A stretch of DNA of 64,000 bases, taken from Malacoraja senta. Its lineage: Eukaryota. Below, piece by piece: positions 35,837 to 50,211 of this stretch (positions are counted from its first letter, which is position 1; the number at the start of each line of letters is the position of its first letter). The stretch is from the NCBI GenBank assembly GCA_038087875.1, contig CM075990.1, forward strand, positions 5,706,001 through 5,770,000, given 5' to 3'. The translations under genes were made by a program, and so were the position numbers. The notes under the pieces are model-generated. The model did no database searches. It worked only from the letters and a program-made list of their open reading frames with translations, and had not been told where the DNA came from.

Positions 35837-38800
35837 ACATATATTGTAGCTTGGATTTTCAGATCCAAACACTGCTGTGTATTAAATGCGGTAAATTGAA
35901 ATCCTCTGGATACGTTGTACTTAGCACAAGATATAACAGAAACTAAATGCAATGCTGAACTTTCCTAATTGGATTCCAGTTGCAATTTCTTTCTCTCTAA
36001 TGAACTTTATTGAATTGCAGGTTGGTTTGGTACATTGGCAGTTTTATGCCAGTGCCGTTGAATGCAAGAGAGTTATCAAAATCAAAGTTATTTTCTGGTC
36101 CAAAGCTGATCTGCTTATCTCTGTACCGCATTGTAAATAGGGATAGATTTTGGCTTTTAACGAGTATATACTTTAATCAAAATTCTTACAATTATTATAA
36201 AAATGTGTTAAAATGTAATTGAATCTAAACAATTATTCATTTTTTTAAATGTGTTCATCCAAGTATCCTTTTGAGGGCACGCACCTGCTTAATCAAACAG
36301 TGAATAAGAATACTTTTGTCACAGTGGAATTGTAAATACAGTAATTACTTTTTCTAAACTTAAGAGAGTTTATGTATTTAAAACATTAGCATGAATAATC
36401 TTAATAGCAATAGGTGCATTGGAATTTACTCCTTTATTGTTTTTTCTACCCCACAACCACGTTCTCCTATGTATAGAATCTACCTGCTTTGGTATTATCT
36501 TTATTTGTTATTTCAGCTATTTTATCAAACTAAATGCAGAAAATTGTATTGTTTTCCAATGTAGAAAAAAATAACATTACAACTGCAATTTACTTGAACT
36601 ACAGTATGAAACCATAATATCAAATCTGGGATCTGGAATAGTCTCTGAAATTTATTCTTAATGCTGGTTTTGTGGTTTTTGTCTTTTCATATTTTGCAAG
36701 AATTTGGTTACCTTTTCACCTAACGGTTCTTGTAAGTTGTCTGTCAGTGCTACTCAGGCACAGACTTTAATGGAATAAAAAAGTGAATGCTTTTCAATAT
36801 CAATTAAAAGACCATAATGATTGTGGGATCATTATTTCCATACGTATGCAGCAGCTCGAATTCTGCCAAATAACATATCTTTCCTTTCCAGCTGGAGAGG
36901 GATCAGTGCTGAATCTTGCCATGGGCTATTGGTTTAGTTTGAAATTAAATGGAAGCACCAAGACTCTGCTGGGAATGGGAAGCAGATGTATGGGGGAGAA
37001 GAAATAAATGTTGAGGCCTGAATACATACATTCGGGATTAAATAACTCAAAAATACACACTGCACCCTTTTTGCTGAACTAGATGGTATGATACTGCACG
37101 TTGGATAATTTGTCACCAAGACTGTTCATCTACATTGGCTCCCAAACTAGCAGAAGGGACGTTGGACTTACATTTTCTTTAATGCTGATTTACCTTTTAT
37201 GTTAGAGACAATGACTGCCACATTTTTTACCAGCATTCTAAATTTCAATACTGTTTTATTGAGATTCAGGAGTAGCTTTGATGCTGGATTTATAAATGTG
37301 GTTTATATGCAGATGTTCCCAATCATGTCATCCGTAGAAATGTTGAAAATCTGAAAAGCAGCAAATATCATCCAGATCAGCAGCAACAAAATATTTTTGT
37401 TCGTTTCATTATCCTGTTACAAAATGACAAACTGTGATATGTGTTGTAGTGTTTACAATTTTGTTCTGATTGCAGATTAACTATTTAAAGGGTCATAGCA
37501 AAATAGTTTTCAGATTTATTGGGCTTTTGCATTTAATACTGCCACAATTCTTCTTCAATTAACTATCATCCACCTCTTGGCAGGAAACTTTTAAGTTATG
37601 TTGCACAACTAAGTCGAGATGGTCAACAGTCTTATGTGTTGTGATACATTGGTGAAAATCAAATGTTCATTATTTTAAATCTGAAAACTAGAGCCAGTCA
37701 ACAGTTGAATTGAAGAGAAGCTGCAAAGATAGCTCATACTGAAGACAAGCACATTTTAAGAGAAACAAATGTCATTGTCATATTATGTTATATTTTGCAG
37801 TGCTGATAACATGGAAATGTGGAAAATATGTTTTATATTCAGCTCTAGTTACAATGTCTAGGAGTGGTAGTCAGACATCGGGCTTGAATATTATAATTCA
37901 AGTTCTTAAATCACAGTCCGCCAAAATGTGAGAAGGCCGTGGGCAAAAGTTCTAATCAAGAGACTTGAGTGCATAATCCCAGTTGACACACAAATGCACT
38001 CTCCAGGAGGTTCTGCAGTGGCAATGATGGTATTTTTACATGCCACAGTAAATTGAGGTCTCAACTACTTTTGGTAATGAAAAATGTTCTATTTCAGGAT
38101 GACCAGGGGTTTCAATTAATGTTCCAACTCTGCAAATCCTCCTAAAACTGATCATCTTATCACATTTTCTGGAGTCACACCATGCTCAAACTGGCTATTG
38201 CATTTCTTCTCTTAGAATAATTAGTGCTCTTTAAACATACTTATTGGCTGTATTTTGGGACATTAGATGTCATAATGCAGGAGTTTTTCAATGAAGTTGT
38301 ATTTTTTTAATTCAGTTGTCTAGCTCAGACTATCCACATGGAATAACTAACATGAAGATGAATTTAATGAAACTATTTTAGACCTGTTATCTCTACTAGT
38401 TGGTACCTCTTAACCATAAGTCTATTGACGGAAGCACAAAGGAAAATGAAATATATTTAACATATGCAGTTTGGTGTAGTTTAACATGTATAATGGTTTT
38501 ACTATTTGTTTGCACAATTTTTCAGATAAATCCATGCTGCCAAATGTGACTCAGTGCCATATACATTTTTGCCTGGTATGCTCATTTAATAATCAGAAAA
38601 TAAATTTAATACATCAAAAGAAAATTGTGTAATTTTTTTTAATGACCGATGACTTCTCTAAAATCACATCTTAATAACACAAATTACTTCAAAGTTAACA
38701 TGTATATAAAAGGACTTTGATACTTTATTTTTATGAATGCTTTTGAAGCATCTGTAAAATATGCATCTTTTGTCTTTACCGAGTTAGAAACAAATCTATG

Positions 38801-40106
38801 AATACTATTTTAATGAAGAAGAACTACAAAGTTTATTATTCTGCAGGATTTTAATGCCAAATTGGCAGAATGGGGCTGCAACATCTTTTGTAGCTTTACA
38901 TTTAAACATTGTACATTTTATTTTGCAGAGAATAACTTGTAAGTTTTATGAGTTTTAAGGTTGAAATTTCTTTAAGTTTTATGAATCATACAATCCTTAA
39001 TTGTGTAGTGCCAGAAAGTAAATTATTAAATGTTTTGCAACAAATCTCATTGACCGTGTCTTCTTCATTTAAAGGATCATAGCAGGTACAATGTCAATTC
39101 ATTTTTTGCAGATTACGTACATAAGCATTTGTGTGGGTATTCAGCAAATGCCAAGGAGCTCAAAAGGAATTGTTTGAGTTAACTCAGAGTACTTAACGCT
39201 TTGGAAATAACCTCCAGAGGACGTCTGAGCTGCCTAGCTTTGCATGGTTAGTCAAATGATGGTTTCAATAGTATACCAATGGAGCCTATAATAAAATGGA
39301 AATTATGGATGCAGAATCCCAAACAATAGTTGATTCCTAGATCTGAGAATTCTAATTTACATCAGACACTCTAGAAAATAACCATTATCAAGGCAATAAT
39401 ATCTCATGTTACAAGCTGATCATCCGCTGCTGAAACTGCGTCAGGCTAAACAGAAAGTGCCTGATCAAATTTCCTGAGCAGCAACAGGTGACCATGGAAT
39501 AGTCGCAATTGCATTGTACTCAAGGTTAAAATAATTTTTTTAAATCATTTTTCAAACAAGAACGTGTATATTCATACTGAGGACAAACCTTACCTTTAAA
39601 ATTTGACGATTACAAGTGTTAAGGTTTATGAAAATAGGATATAGCTATATTATTTATATATGCTAGCAGAATCAAGAAAGGAAAGTACAGCTTGTTTTGG
39701 TCTATTTGTTCCTCCAAATCACTTTCATTAATTAAATAACAGATTTTCAGATTCTAAACATTATGATTTACTTTTCAAAAGTTCAACTGACTTTTTTTAC
39801 CCAAATTTAGAAAGATCAGAGACAGGAAATAAAAGAAAGGAGCTGCTCGTGTAGGCCATCAAACCAATTCCACTGTTCTATCAGGTGATGACCAAATTCC
39901 ATACATCTGTTTTTCCCCCAATACCTTTGATTAACGAAATCTAACCAATCTTCGACTCACAATTGCATCAAGCACTATCTGTAAAACACATTTAAAACTT
40001 CTATTACATTGTGTTTAAGACTGCTTCCAAAAATCAAACCCAGAGCAAGTGTCTTAAATTGTTAAATTAAGTTTCCTATTCTGGCTAATTTAGCCGACTG
40101 AACATA

Positions 40107-40143
40107 AGGTCTGAAGAAGGGTTTCGGCCCGAAACGTTGCCTA
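40107..40143 (+). ncRNA. Minimal hammerhead ribozyme-like motif
   Basis: AGGU-CUGAAGA-A-GGGUU-UC-GGCCC-GAAA-CG-UU-GCCU; the flanks AGGU/GCCU can form stem I. Confidence 0.6.
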
Positions 40144-41799
40144 TTTCCTTCGCTCCATAGATGCTGCTGCACCCGCTGAGTTTCTCCAGCACTTTTGTCT
40201 ACCATAAGTATTTCACAATCAGCCATTATATCTTCCGAATGCGGCATCATAAGCAGCGAATTAAGTATACTGACTTGAAAGAATTATAATTAAATCAGTA
40301 TTTCACCTCAATGAGTTGAATGTGGAAGGAGAACACACAGATTCTATTGTGGCATTGGGAGGGAAAAGAAGAGCATGAATGTAAAAAAAGAAAAATATAT
40401 ACATGGTGGAGAGGAATCCTTGGCATTTGCATGAAAAATTACTTTCTTACAATAGATGCAACGGAGAAAATTTGAAAATAGTATGGGGTCTCGGCAGGAA
40501 ACTGGGTGAGAAAGTATGTATAGTCATGCTGTGGGAGTTGATGGGCTTAATGTGAATGTTACTGACAAGTCCTTTCATTTCATTAGCTGGTCCCCCAGGT
40601 TCATTGATGTCTTGCTTCCACTCAGATTCTGTGAATTCTAAAAGGTGACCTATAAAGCTGAAAGTCTTTGATTCATTCAACGAGGAAGGACTCTGGAGAA
40701 CTACTCAAACTCTGCTCCCAACAAAAATAAATCTCCATCTTATATTAATGTAAGCCATGATGTTAGCCATTGGGTCAATCTCAGTCTCGTCCCTCATCGG
40801 AAGTAAGGGTGTGTCCGTGGCCCAACATATTTTCAATCTTTCTTGCTGCAATGCCACACCTTAACTCCAACAGGTTTCCCACTCAGTTGGAACTAATCCA
40901 CAAAATCAATAATACTGCTGTGGACATACCACTTCCTAGCACCATGAACAACTACTTCCATAATTTTCTGGATTATTCAGGGTGGTACATTCAATATGGA
41001 AAAGTTTCTACATTGTCTGAAAGATGCCAGTGTTTGACCATAAGCTGAACTATCCAGTGCTGATGGCTTTTTATTGATATGACATTGAGTCAATTAACTT
41101 GGCTGATGATCGATCAGTCAAAAAGTCAATGAAGTATCTTAACCACGTCTTCTCATCTCACTTCTCCCTCAATCCATTCTGACAAGTTACATGAAATTTA
41201 TTTATCTCTACTTTTATTAAATGTATGTCCCTCTTTCTATTCAAGACACAAGGACAGGACATTGCACATTGGAGGGAGTAAGAATGTGTAAATGAAGAAA
41301 CAGTTACTTATTCTTAAACTCTGAGGGTGATGGTGAAGGAGCTTGTCAGGGGGTATTTGGATACAATAGCTCTAATGGTGAGGACTATGGCATCTTTGAT
41401 GAGCTCGACCACAAAGGCCATGTCATGAAGCAAAATGGAGGTTAGCGAATGCTGCAACAGACTCCTCCAAAATAGCCATAGAACTCATCATATGCTCTTT
41501 TCTGACTACTACTGGTATTAATTTCCTGAAATTTGAAATACTCTATTTCCCCAGCAGTAATCCCCATGACCTTGCTCAGCAAAACTATTTTTGAAAGATC
41601 ACAATATCTCAAAATAAAGGTAATTCAAGTAATGCCAGATTTCTAAGATAACATCTAAATTATTAAATGATGCTATTCTGATGCTTTAAATGGTATCAGT
41701 TTGTTATTGAGTGGCCTAATAGGAATTTGTTCAATATTTAATACCAAAATCTGGCATTTTGTCCTGAAATAACCTTGAATCTTCCAGATATAAATGAAA

Positions 41800-42690
41800 G
41801 ACAATTTTAAAAAGTAGACATGGTTTACATGGACTTTAGTTAAGCTTCTGACAAGGTCCCGCACAGTTGACTAGTCCAGAAAGTTGAGATACAATGGATC
41901 CGAGGTGTGTTGGCAAACTAGATCCAAATTTGTCTTGGTGGTAGAAGGCAGAAGGTAATAATGGATGGGTGCTTTACTGACTGTAAATTTGAAACAAGTG
42001 GTGTACCACAGGATCGCTGCCAGGACCCTTTTTGCTTATAATATAAAAATGACTTGGATGATAATATAGGTCTTCTGATGATAAGATTGCAGATGATGCG
42101 AAAATTCCTGACGTTGTAAATAGCAAAGAAGGCTGTCGTCCGATACAGTGGGATATAGATAAACTCAAAGCTAGGCACTTGGAATTTAATCCAGGCAAAT
42201 ATGATGGGAAGTAAATTGCAGGTACTTTTGGAGCATTCTCGTACAGAGAATGTCCAGTGCATGTGCATAGCTCCGTTAACCTGTTCAGTACCACCCCCGT
42301 GTATACTCGGGGGATGGCCAATAGTGTAAAACAAAGCTTGGCAGTGAACAGGTAAGTTACTGCAGGGCAATTAAGGCATTTGCTTTCATTGGTAAGGGCA
42401 CCGAGTACAAGAGTCGGGACCTCATGTTGCAGCTGTACAAAACTTTGGTTAGACCACACTTGGAGTATCATGTCCAATTCTGGTCACCACATTACAGGAA
42501 CGATAGAGTAGCAAAAGAGTGCAGAAGAGATTTACCAGGATATTGCGTGGAATAGAGGGCTGTAGTTAGGGGGATAGGCTGCGTTTATTCTCTATGGAAC
42601 ATTCAAGGTCAAAAACTAGGGAGCAAAGGAGAAATTTAAAGGAGATCTGAGGAGGTAGGTTTTTCCATACAGAGGGTGGTGAACATCTGT
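41800..42690 (+). mobile_element. Old CR1 LINE fragment
   Basis: Eroded MDFSKAxDKVPH, GVPQGS, IADD and RPHLEY motifs with frameshifts. Confidence 0.75.
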
Positions 42691-43914
42691 GCAAGCCTGT
42701 CGGCCAGATTCTTAGATCTATGGCTCAGAATAATTCGAAATGGAGAGAGCACATTTATAATGGCACCAAGAACCTCAGATTTATGTACTGGGCACACGTA
42801 GAGACAGTACATATACCTACTAAAGTGTGAATGTTAATACCTATGCGGCAAAATCTAGTTCTTGCCGCTAGATCAAGATTTTGCTCTGCATAGTCTGTGT
42901 GATAGCTGTCGTGCCATAGCTACAGCATGTTAAAAGAAACCACACACATGCAGCTTCTACTCCACTGTATGAAGTTTGTGACCTGGAATACAAGGATCCT
43001 TGCAAACAAACCCACAGTGACAGGCCTAATCATCACTTTGCCATGATTGCCTGGGAACTCAGCCACTAAAATACTCTCTGGTTGTGCAATGGTGAGTACA
43101 GTTTACTCGATGGGTGTAATAAAAAGGTTCAAGAATTTGCTCAAATTGTGTGCAATAAAAAAAGCCCAACATCCCTATTGATCCCTGGGACTCTGGCCCA
43201 TGACCATTGATAGTGGAAAAAGGCATTCATAATTGGCTCAAAAATCTTGATTCTATGCTTTGGGGACACACCAAAGCCCTGGTAAACAATAGAACATCCC
43301 AAAGACTACCCATCCACACCATTGCAGTCACCACTTTCCACATCTGTGGAAGAGTGCATGTTTTGCACTGGCCTCATCTGAGAACCTACATAACTGAATG
43401 GAAGCCATCCTTAACCCTGGAACTACCAAAGATTTGTTTCATTCCCAAATATTTCTACCGCTAAGTACTGCACTCCAACCTAGTCAGGAAGACATACAAT
43501 TTGGTTATGTGGGCAATCAGTGGAGCACTGGAATATTGACCTCAACTCAATGGTGCTCTTCAGTAAGGGTGCTCCTGACATCCCAAGAGGCTGCAAATGT
43601 TGTGTAAGCCATTGATAACCTCAATTTGTCAATCTTTGATTACACCATGTCCACAACTTGCCACTCTCATCTCATCACTTTTTTAGTAACAATGAATGAC
43701 ATAAGGCTTGAACAATGAACACTGCCTGAAATTAATAATTCATTCAATCCTAACAGCTCCAACCAGAAACAGTGACTTCTCATCCAACAGATGCAGCCTG
43801 ACTTGCTGAGTACTTTTGGCATTTTTTATTTTTTATTCACCAGCCGCAAATGATATTTGCAGTTCTCCAGGATCCGTGGGATCCCAATAGGCTATGGTTA
43901 CTTTAGACATTACT

Positions 43915-44216
43915 TTAGACATACAGCACCGGCCAGTAATCACCGTATACTATCACTATCCTACACACTAGGGACAATTTATAATTTTGTCCAAGCCAAT
44001 TAACCTACAAACGAGTACGTCTTTGGGGTGTGGGAGGAAACCAGAGCACCTAGAGAAAACACACACGGTCACAGGGGGAAAACACAAATTCTGTACAGAC
44101 AGCACCCGTAGTCAGGATCGAAGTTTAACTTCCATTTGGAATATTTTTGGAGGACCAGGAAACCAAGAACCCGGGCCTCTGGTGCTGGCAGGAAGCAACT
44201 CTACCACAGTGCCGTT
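43915..44216 (-). mobile_element. tRNA-derived SINE (HE1-like)
   Basis: Colinear with 30570-30808, plus a short internal insertion. Confidence 0.75.
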
Positions 44217-46031
44217 ACCTGACAAATCAAATCCTCCTCTGTCCGTGATTGTTGCAAACTGGGTAAAATGATGAACTGCATCCTCATGTTCTTTGTTGAA
44301 ATTTTAATAAGTCCTCTTTTAATAGGACTTTCATGTGCTTATGAAACTTGAATACAATTTATATATATTGTACACCAAAAACAATACTGACACCTTTGGT
44401 GTTAATTGTTATTTTCTTTGGAATGGTGGCCAATTCAAGTTCATTACCATAGCCTATTCACCAAACCAGCACCAAAAACCTTTTGGGGAAATTGGTCAGT
44501 TTAATTTCACTGTGTGCAATGAGGTATACTTTAGCGAAAATAAGTTCTTCCTGGCAGAAGTTGACTTTGCTTTTTACTTGGAAATCAAGCAATTACAACA
44601 ACTGTGGTGGAATTTCACCCCTAGGTGTTGCTGGCACAATATCCATATGGGTCTTTCTTTTAAAAACGGCAAGTACTTATTTGAACATGTTTATCCAGAG
44701 AGCAAGTGTGGCTTCAGTGCTGTTAAATCAACAACCAACATAGATTTGCAAGAAGAGTCAGTTGTATGCCTCTCAATCTGACAAATGCTTTTGATTGACC
44801 TAGTCAGCAAATAAAAGTATTTTCCAATTATTTATGAGATTTACCTGCCATATCTTCCTAACTTCCACGAGTCTTATTCAGTATTTTCATAATAGTACCA
44901 AAGTTATAGGTCCCATTGTAATTAATGTGCAAAAGGCATGTTTTGGCACATTCTTTGGAACACTTTGTCATTTTAAAGGGCATTTTACCTATTCAGGATC
45001 AGATAGGGGTTTACCTACTTTCAAATTTTACCAGAATGCTGCCTGGATTAGAAGGTACGGTATTAGCTATAAGGAGAGTTTGCAGTTGCACAAATTTGGA
45101 TCGTTTTCTCTGGAACATCGGAGGCAAAAGGAAGTCATGATACAAGTTTATAAAATTATCAGAGGCATAGACAGGGTAGATAGTCTGAACCTTGTTCCCA
45201 GGGTGAAGTTGTCAAAGATTAGATGACACCATTTTAAGATGAGAGGGTCAAAGTTTAACAAAGATGTGCAGGGCAATTTTTTTTTTGGGCCAAAGTGCCT
45301 GTCCTTGTGCTGTACTGTTCAATAATTTTAGAACATAGAAAAGTAAAGTATAGGAACAGGCCCTTCAGCCCACAATGTCTGTGCTGGACACGATGCCAAG
45401 ATCAACTCTTATCTGCCTGTACATAATCCGTATCCCTCCACACCCAACAAACAGCTAACAATGGCCTGTTTCCTTTATCATCGTTACTTTTTTGCATATC
45501 TTTCATTCATTGTTCTATATCTCTCCACATCATCGTCTATATCTCTCATTTCCCTTTCCCGTGACTTTCAGATTGAAGAAGGGTCTCGACCTGAAACGTC
45601 ACCTATTCCTTCTCTCCCGAGATGCTGCCTGTCCCACTGAGTTACTCCAGCTTTTTGTGTCTTATCTTCCATGTGATTTTGTGTCTTATCTTCCATCTAA
45701 TTTGTTTCAAGAAAGTTTAAAGTGATCCAAGAGTATCAAAGTAAAGCTTCAAAATCGGAAACAAGGAACAGCAGATGCTATTTTCCCAAAAAAGAACTGC
45801 AGATGCTGCAACCTTGAGCAATGCTCAAAGTGTTGGAGGAAATCTGGGTCATGCAGCATCTGTGGAGGGAATGGACAGGTATGGATGTTGTCTGGCTCTC
45901 TGAGCTTCTCCTGCCCTGTGTTTTGCTTAACATTTGTCACCATTCCCAACTTGCCAAATTAAAAGAATATATTTTCCATATTCTTATTCCTTCCAGAATC
46001 TACCCCCCCCTCCCTCGTCCACTTCAATCCC

Positions 46032-46480
46032 TAGAGAGGGAGGGGTGGTAGAGAGAGAGGGGAGGAGGGTAGAGAGGGAGGGGGTAGCGAGGGAGGGGGG
46101 GCAGAGAGGGAGGGGGTGGAGGGGGATGGGGAGGGTAGAGGGAGGGGAGTAGGAGGGGGGCAGAGAAGGAGGGGGGCAGAGAGGGGGGAGCAGAGGGAGG
46201 GGGGGGCGGAGAGGGATGGGGAGAGGGAGGAGGGGGAGAGGGATAGGGAGGGTAGAAGCGAGGGAGGGGGCAGAGACAGAGGGGGCAGAGACGGAGGGGG
46301 GTAGAGCGAGGGGGGAGGGAGGGTAGAGAGGGAGAGGGAGGGGGGTAGAGAGGGTAGGTAGGAAGGGGGCATCTCCCTCCTCCACCCCCCTCCATCTCCC
46401 ATTATCGCCCCACTCCCCACCCCATCTCCCTCCTCCTCATTTCCCTCATCCTCCTCCCCTCATTCCCATTCCCTGCCCCA
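46032..46480. repeat. Purine-rich G-tract low-complexity region followed by a C/T-rich tract
   Basis: Direct composition: G/A runs at 46032-46370 and C/T runs at 46371-46480. Confidence 0.9.
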
Positions 46481-48657
46481 GGACCTACCCAGGTCATACA
46501 GCAGCGCCAGGGCCTGGAACTAGGCCTTGTTCTCGCACTTGGCTCGGTCCAGGCTCGGTCCAGCCGTCAGCTTGGAAGCGGGTTGAAAGTTTGAGTTAAA
46601 AACTGGGTTTAAAAACTTGGTTTGGGGTATTTTAAAAGGCTGCAACTTCGGAAATATAGGTGGAAATGCGATGGGAAGATGTTTATGGCGACCACGGGGA
46701 AAATGTGAGTGGGATATGTGAAAATGGGAAGGCTGTGGCCTAGCGTTAGGAAGAAGATAGGAATTAACCAGATTTTAACCAGATTGACACACACATACAG
46801 AGACAACCACACAGAGATCGTGGGCACAAACACAAACAATAGGAAGGCTTTTAGTATTATAGAGATGGGGTGTTGTTAGAGCAAGACCCAGTGCAAACAA
46901 AGTTTTGAAAAATCACATGTCAAGCTGTATTTTTTAATAATATTTGAAAAGTATTCAGTTTGGGTAGAACATGGAAAGGGGTTATTAGCACAATCAACAC
47001 ACTTGTCATTATGCTATCAGTATCACATAAACTGAAATGGAATGGAGCTAGGTGGCATTATGGACATTGAAATAGTTGACTTAAGTAGTGGAACAGCAAT
47101 ATGGTTAAAACATAACCCTGTTAACACAATGCAAAAATTGCAAATGACCTAACCCAGCTTGGGTTAATTTTCTGGAATGGTTAGAGATTCAAGCTAGTGG
47201 GGGTTGAATACAATGGTTTCAAGTCTTCCCATATTGCTTGGATATGTTACTTACATGTTATTGTATTTTATTAGATATTGTGTTGTTACTTCTAAAAACA
47301 TGGAATAAAGCAAGAGTTGGGATGAACTGGACCCGTGAAAAATGACATCATGCTTTTGAATGAATTTGCTGAAAAGTAACCTGTAAATGAGAAAATAAAG
47401 GGGTCAAGTACAAATCGTCAGGTAACTGAAAGCATGGTAGCAGTAACTATTATATTTGTTTCTCTGGCTTTTTTATGATAAGTAGCAGAGCTGACATAAA
47501 ACATGTGCATTTAATTAAAACATAAAAATACAAGTTCAAAGACAGTAATAAAAAAAATGGTTTAACTTAGCACCAAAACTTTTTAGATATAGTTATTACA
47601 TCAAATAACTAATCTTTGTAACATACTAAGTCTAGAGGTTCCTTGTATAGTTGGAAATGAGATCGGGAAGAGCATTTCAGGTAGGTCGTTTATGGTAAAG
47701 AAATTGGCATCATCTTTGTGTTTTTTAATAATATTTGAAAAATATTCAGTTTCAGCAATGGAAAACAGAACCCTATCATTGTTTTTGTAGCTTAGCTGAA
47801 GCCAGGATTGGATAATTAAACTAGCTGTCTGCCAAAGATATTTAAACAAATGTTAAATGTGAGGTGGTCCACATGACATGCCAAGATCAAAGGGTCGACT
47901 ATGTCAAAGACATTGATGTGGGAATAAATTTATGGAAGAAAAGCGAGCAAAGGCCACTATATAAAGGGTAAGTAGAATTGACACAATATTAGTGGGCAGA
48001 AATCAGTGTTGAGGCTGGGACAGGAAAATTATAAAGGAAGACCATTCCCTCTGGAATTTCCCAACCTCTGTCAATAGCTGATTAGAACATTAACAAATTA
48101 CTTTATTCAGAGTAAGTACAGAACATATTGGAAAGACTCTGTGGGTCAGGTAACATCTGTATAAAGAAAAACAGAGTAAATTGAGCGTACACAAAAATGC
48201 TGGAGAAACTCAGCGGGTGCGACATTGTGGGCTCCGCCTTTCCTTGAGCACTGTTGTGTTTTGAACATCTTTCATTCATTTGTACTATTTACCTTCTATA
48301 TCTTTCGTTCAGACTCTCAGTCTGAAGAAGGGTCACAACCCGAAACGTCACATATTCCATTTCTCCAGAGATGTTGCCTGACCCGCTGAGTTACTCCAGC
48401 TTTTTGTATCTATCTTTACATTGAGATGGTATATTGATTTACAAGAACACTGCCAATGCTGGAAATGTTTTACTGAGTATTAGGTGCATTCAGCCCTTTG
48501 AGTTTATACTAACTGTCTGACTAACCCCATCGCTCTCATTCTACCGTTTATTTCTTTATATCGATTCTCTCACACATGCCCAATAACACTACCTCGATCA
48601 TCCAGCACTTACACAAGGACTAATTTAGTTAGCAATTAATGTATTGGAATGGTGGGA

Positions 48658-48693
<36 letters not shown>

Positions 48694-48764
48694 ATCGCAA
48701 AGTAATCGAGAGGCTGAGATATCTATAGCTACTCTTAGTTCATACATTCACAAAACCTGCTTAG

Positions 48765-49053
48765 GCCTCATTGAAACATACCAAATACTGAAAGGCTTGG
48801 ATAAAGTGGATGTGGAGAGGATGTTTCCACTAGTGGGAGAGTCTAGGACTAAAGGTCATAGCCTCAGAATTAAAGGACGTTCCTTTAGGAAGGAGATGAG
48901 AAGGAATATTTCTTTAGTCAGAGGGTGGTGCATCTGTGGAATTCTTTGCCACAGAAGGCTGTGGAGGCCGTCAATGGATATTTTTAAGGCAGAGATAGAT
49001 TCTGGATTAGTACGGGTGTCAGGGGTTATGGGAAGAAGGCAGGAGAATGGGGT
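48765..49053 (+). mobile_element. CR1 LINE 3' fragment
   Basis: LIETYQILKGLDKVDVERMFPLVGESRTKGH. Confidence 0.85.
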
Positions 49054-49167
49054 ACATACACACGTGTGTGTATGTATATATGTATATATACACACTATAT
49101 ACACACACACACACATATACACACATACGTATATACATACACATGCATATATACACACACATTTATA

Positions 49168-49930
49168 CATAGAAACATAGAAAATAGGTGCAGGAGTAGG
49201 CCATTCGGCCCTTCGAGGCTGCACCGCCATTCAATATGATCATGGCTGATCATCCAACTCAGTATCCTGTACCTGCTTTCTCTCCATACCCCCTGATCCC
49301 TTTAGCCACAAGGGCCACATCTAACTCCCTCTTAAATATAGCCAATGAACTGGCCTCAACTACCTTCTGTGGCAGAGAATTCCAGAGATTTACCACTCTC
49401 TGTGTGAAAAATGTTTTCCTCATCTCGGTCCTAAAAGATTTCCCCCTTATCCTTAAACTGTGACCCCTTGTTCTGGACTTCCCCAACATCGGGAACAATC
49501 TTCCTGCATCTAGCCTGTCCAACCCCTTAAGAATTTTGTACGTTTCTATAAGATCCCCCCCTCAATCTTCTAAATTCTAGCGAGTACAAACCGAGTCTAT
49601 CCAGTCTTTCTTCATATGAAAGTCCTGACATCCCAGGAATCAGTCTGGTGAACCTTCTCTGTACTCCCTCTATGGCAAGAATGTCTTTCCTCAGATTAGG
49701 AGACCAAAACTGTATGCAATACTCCAGGTGTGGTCTCACCAGGACCCTGTACAACTGCAGTAGAACCTCCCTGCTCCTATACTCAAATCCTTTTGCTATG
49801 AATGCTAACTACCATTCGCCTTCTTCACTGCCTGCTGCACCTGCATGCCTACTTTTAATGACTGGTGTACCATGACACCCAGGTCTCGTTGCATCTCCCC
49901 TTTTCCTAATCGGCCACCATTCAGATAATA
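49168..49930 (-). mobile_element. CR1 LINE 3' fragment (same young subfamily as 4008-5572)
   Basis: Near-identical peptide fragments; (TTTCTATG) tail. Confidence 0.9.
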
Positions 49931-49949
49931 TTCACATGCGCATATTATA

Positions 49950-50181
49950 CACACAGAGAGTGGTGAATCTCTGGAATTCTCTGCCACAGAAGATAGTTGA
50001 GGCCAGTTCATTGGCTGTATTTAAGAGGGAGTTAGATGTGGCCCTTGTGGCTAAAGGGATCAGGGGATATGGAGAGAAGGCAGGTACAGGATACTGAGTT
50101 GGATGATCAGCCATATTCAATGGCGGTGCAGGCTCGAAGAGCCGAATGGCCTACTCCTGCACCTATTTTCTATGTTTCTAT
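49950..50181 (+). mobile_element. CR1 LINE extreme 3' fragment, inverted relative to 49168-49930
   Basis: Reverse complement of ~49168-49407; ends TTTCTATGTTTCTAT. Confidence 0.9.
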
Positions 50182-50211
50182 ACATACGCATATATATACA
50201 CACGCTATACA

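Noticed and set aside
45984..46420. Proline/serine-rich ORFs in three frames
   Set aside because: Artefact of the G/A low-complexity tract lacking stop codons.
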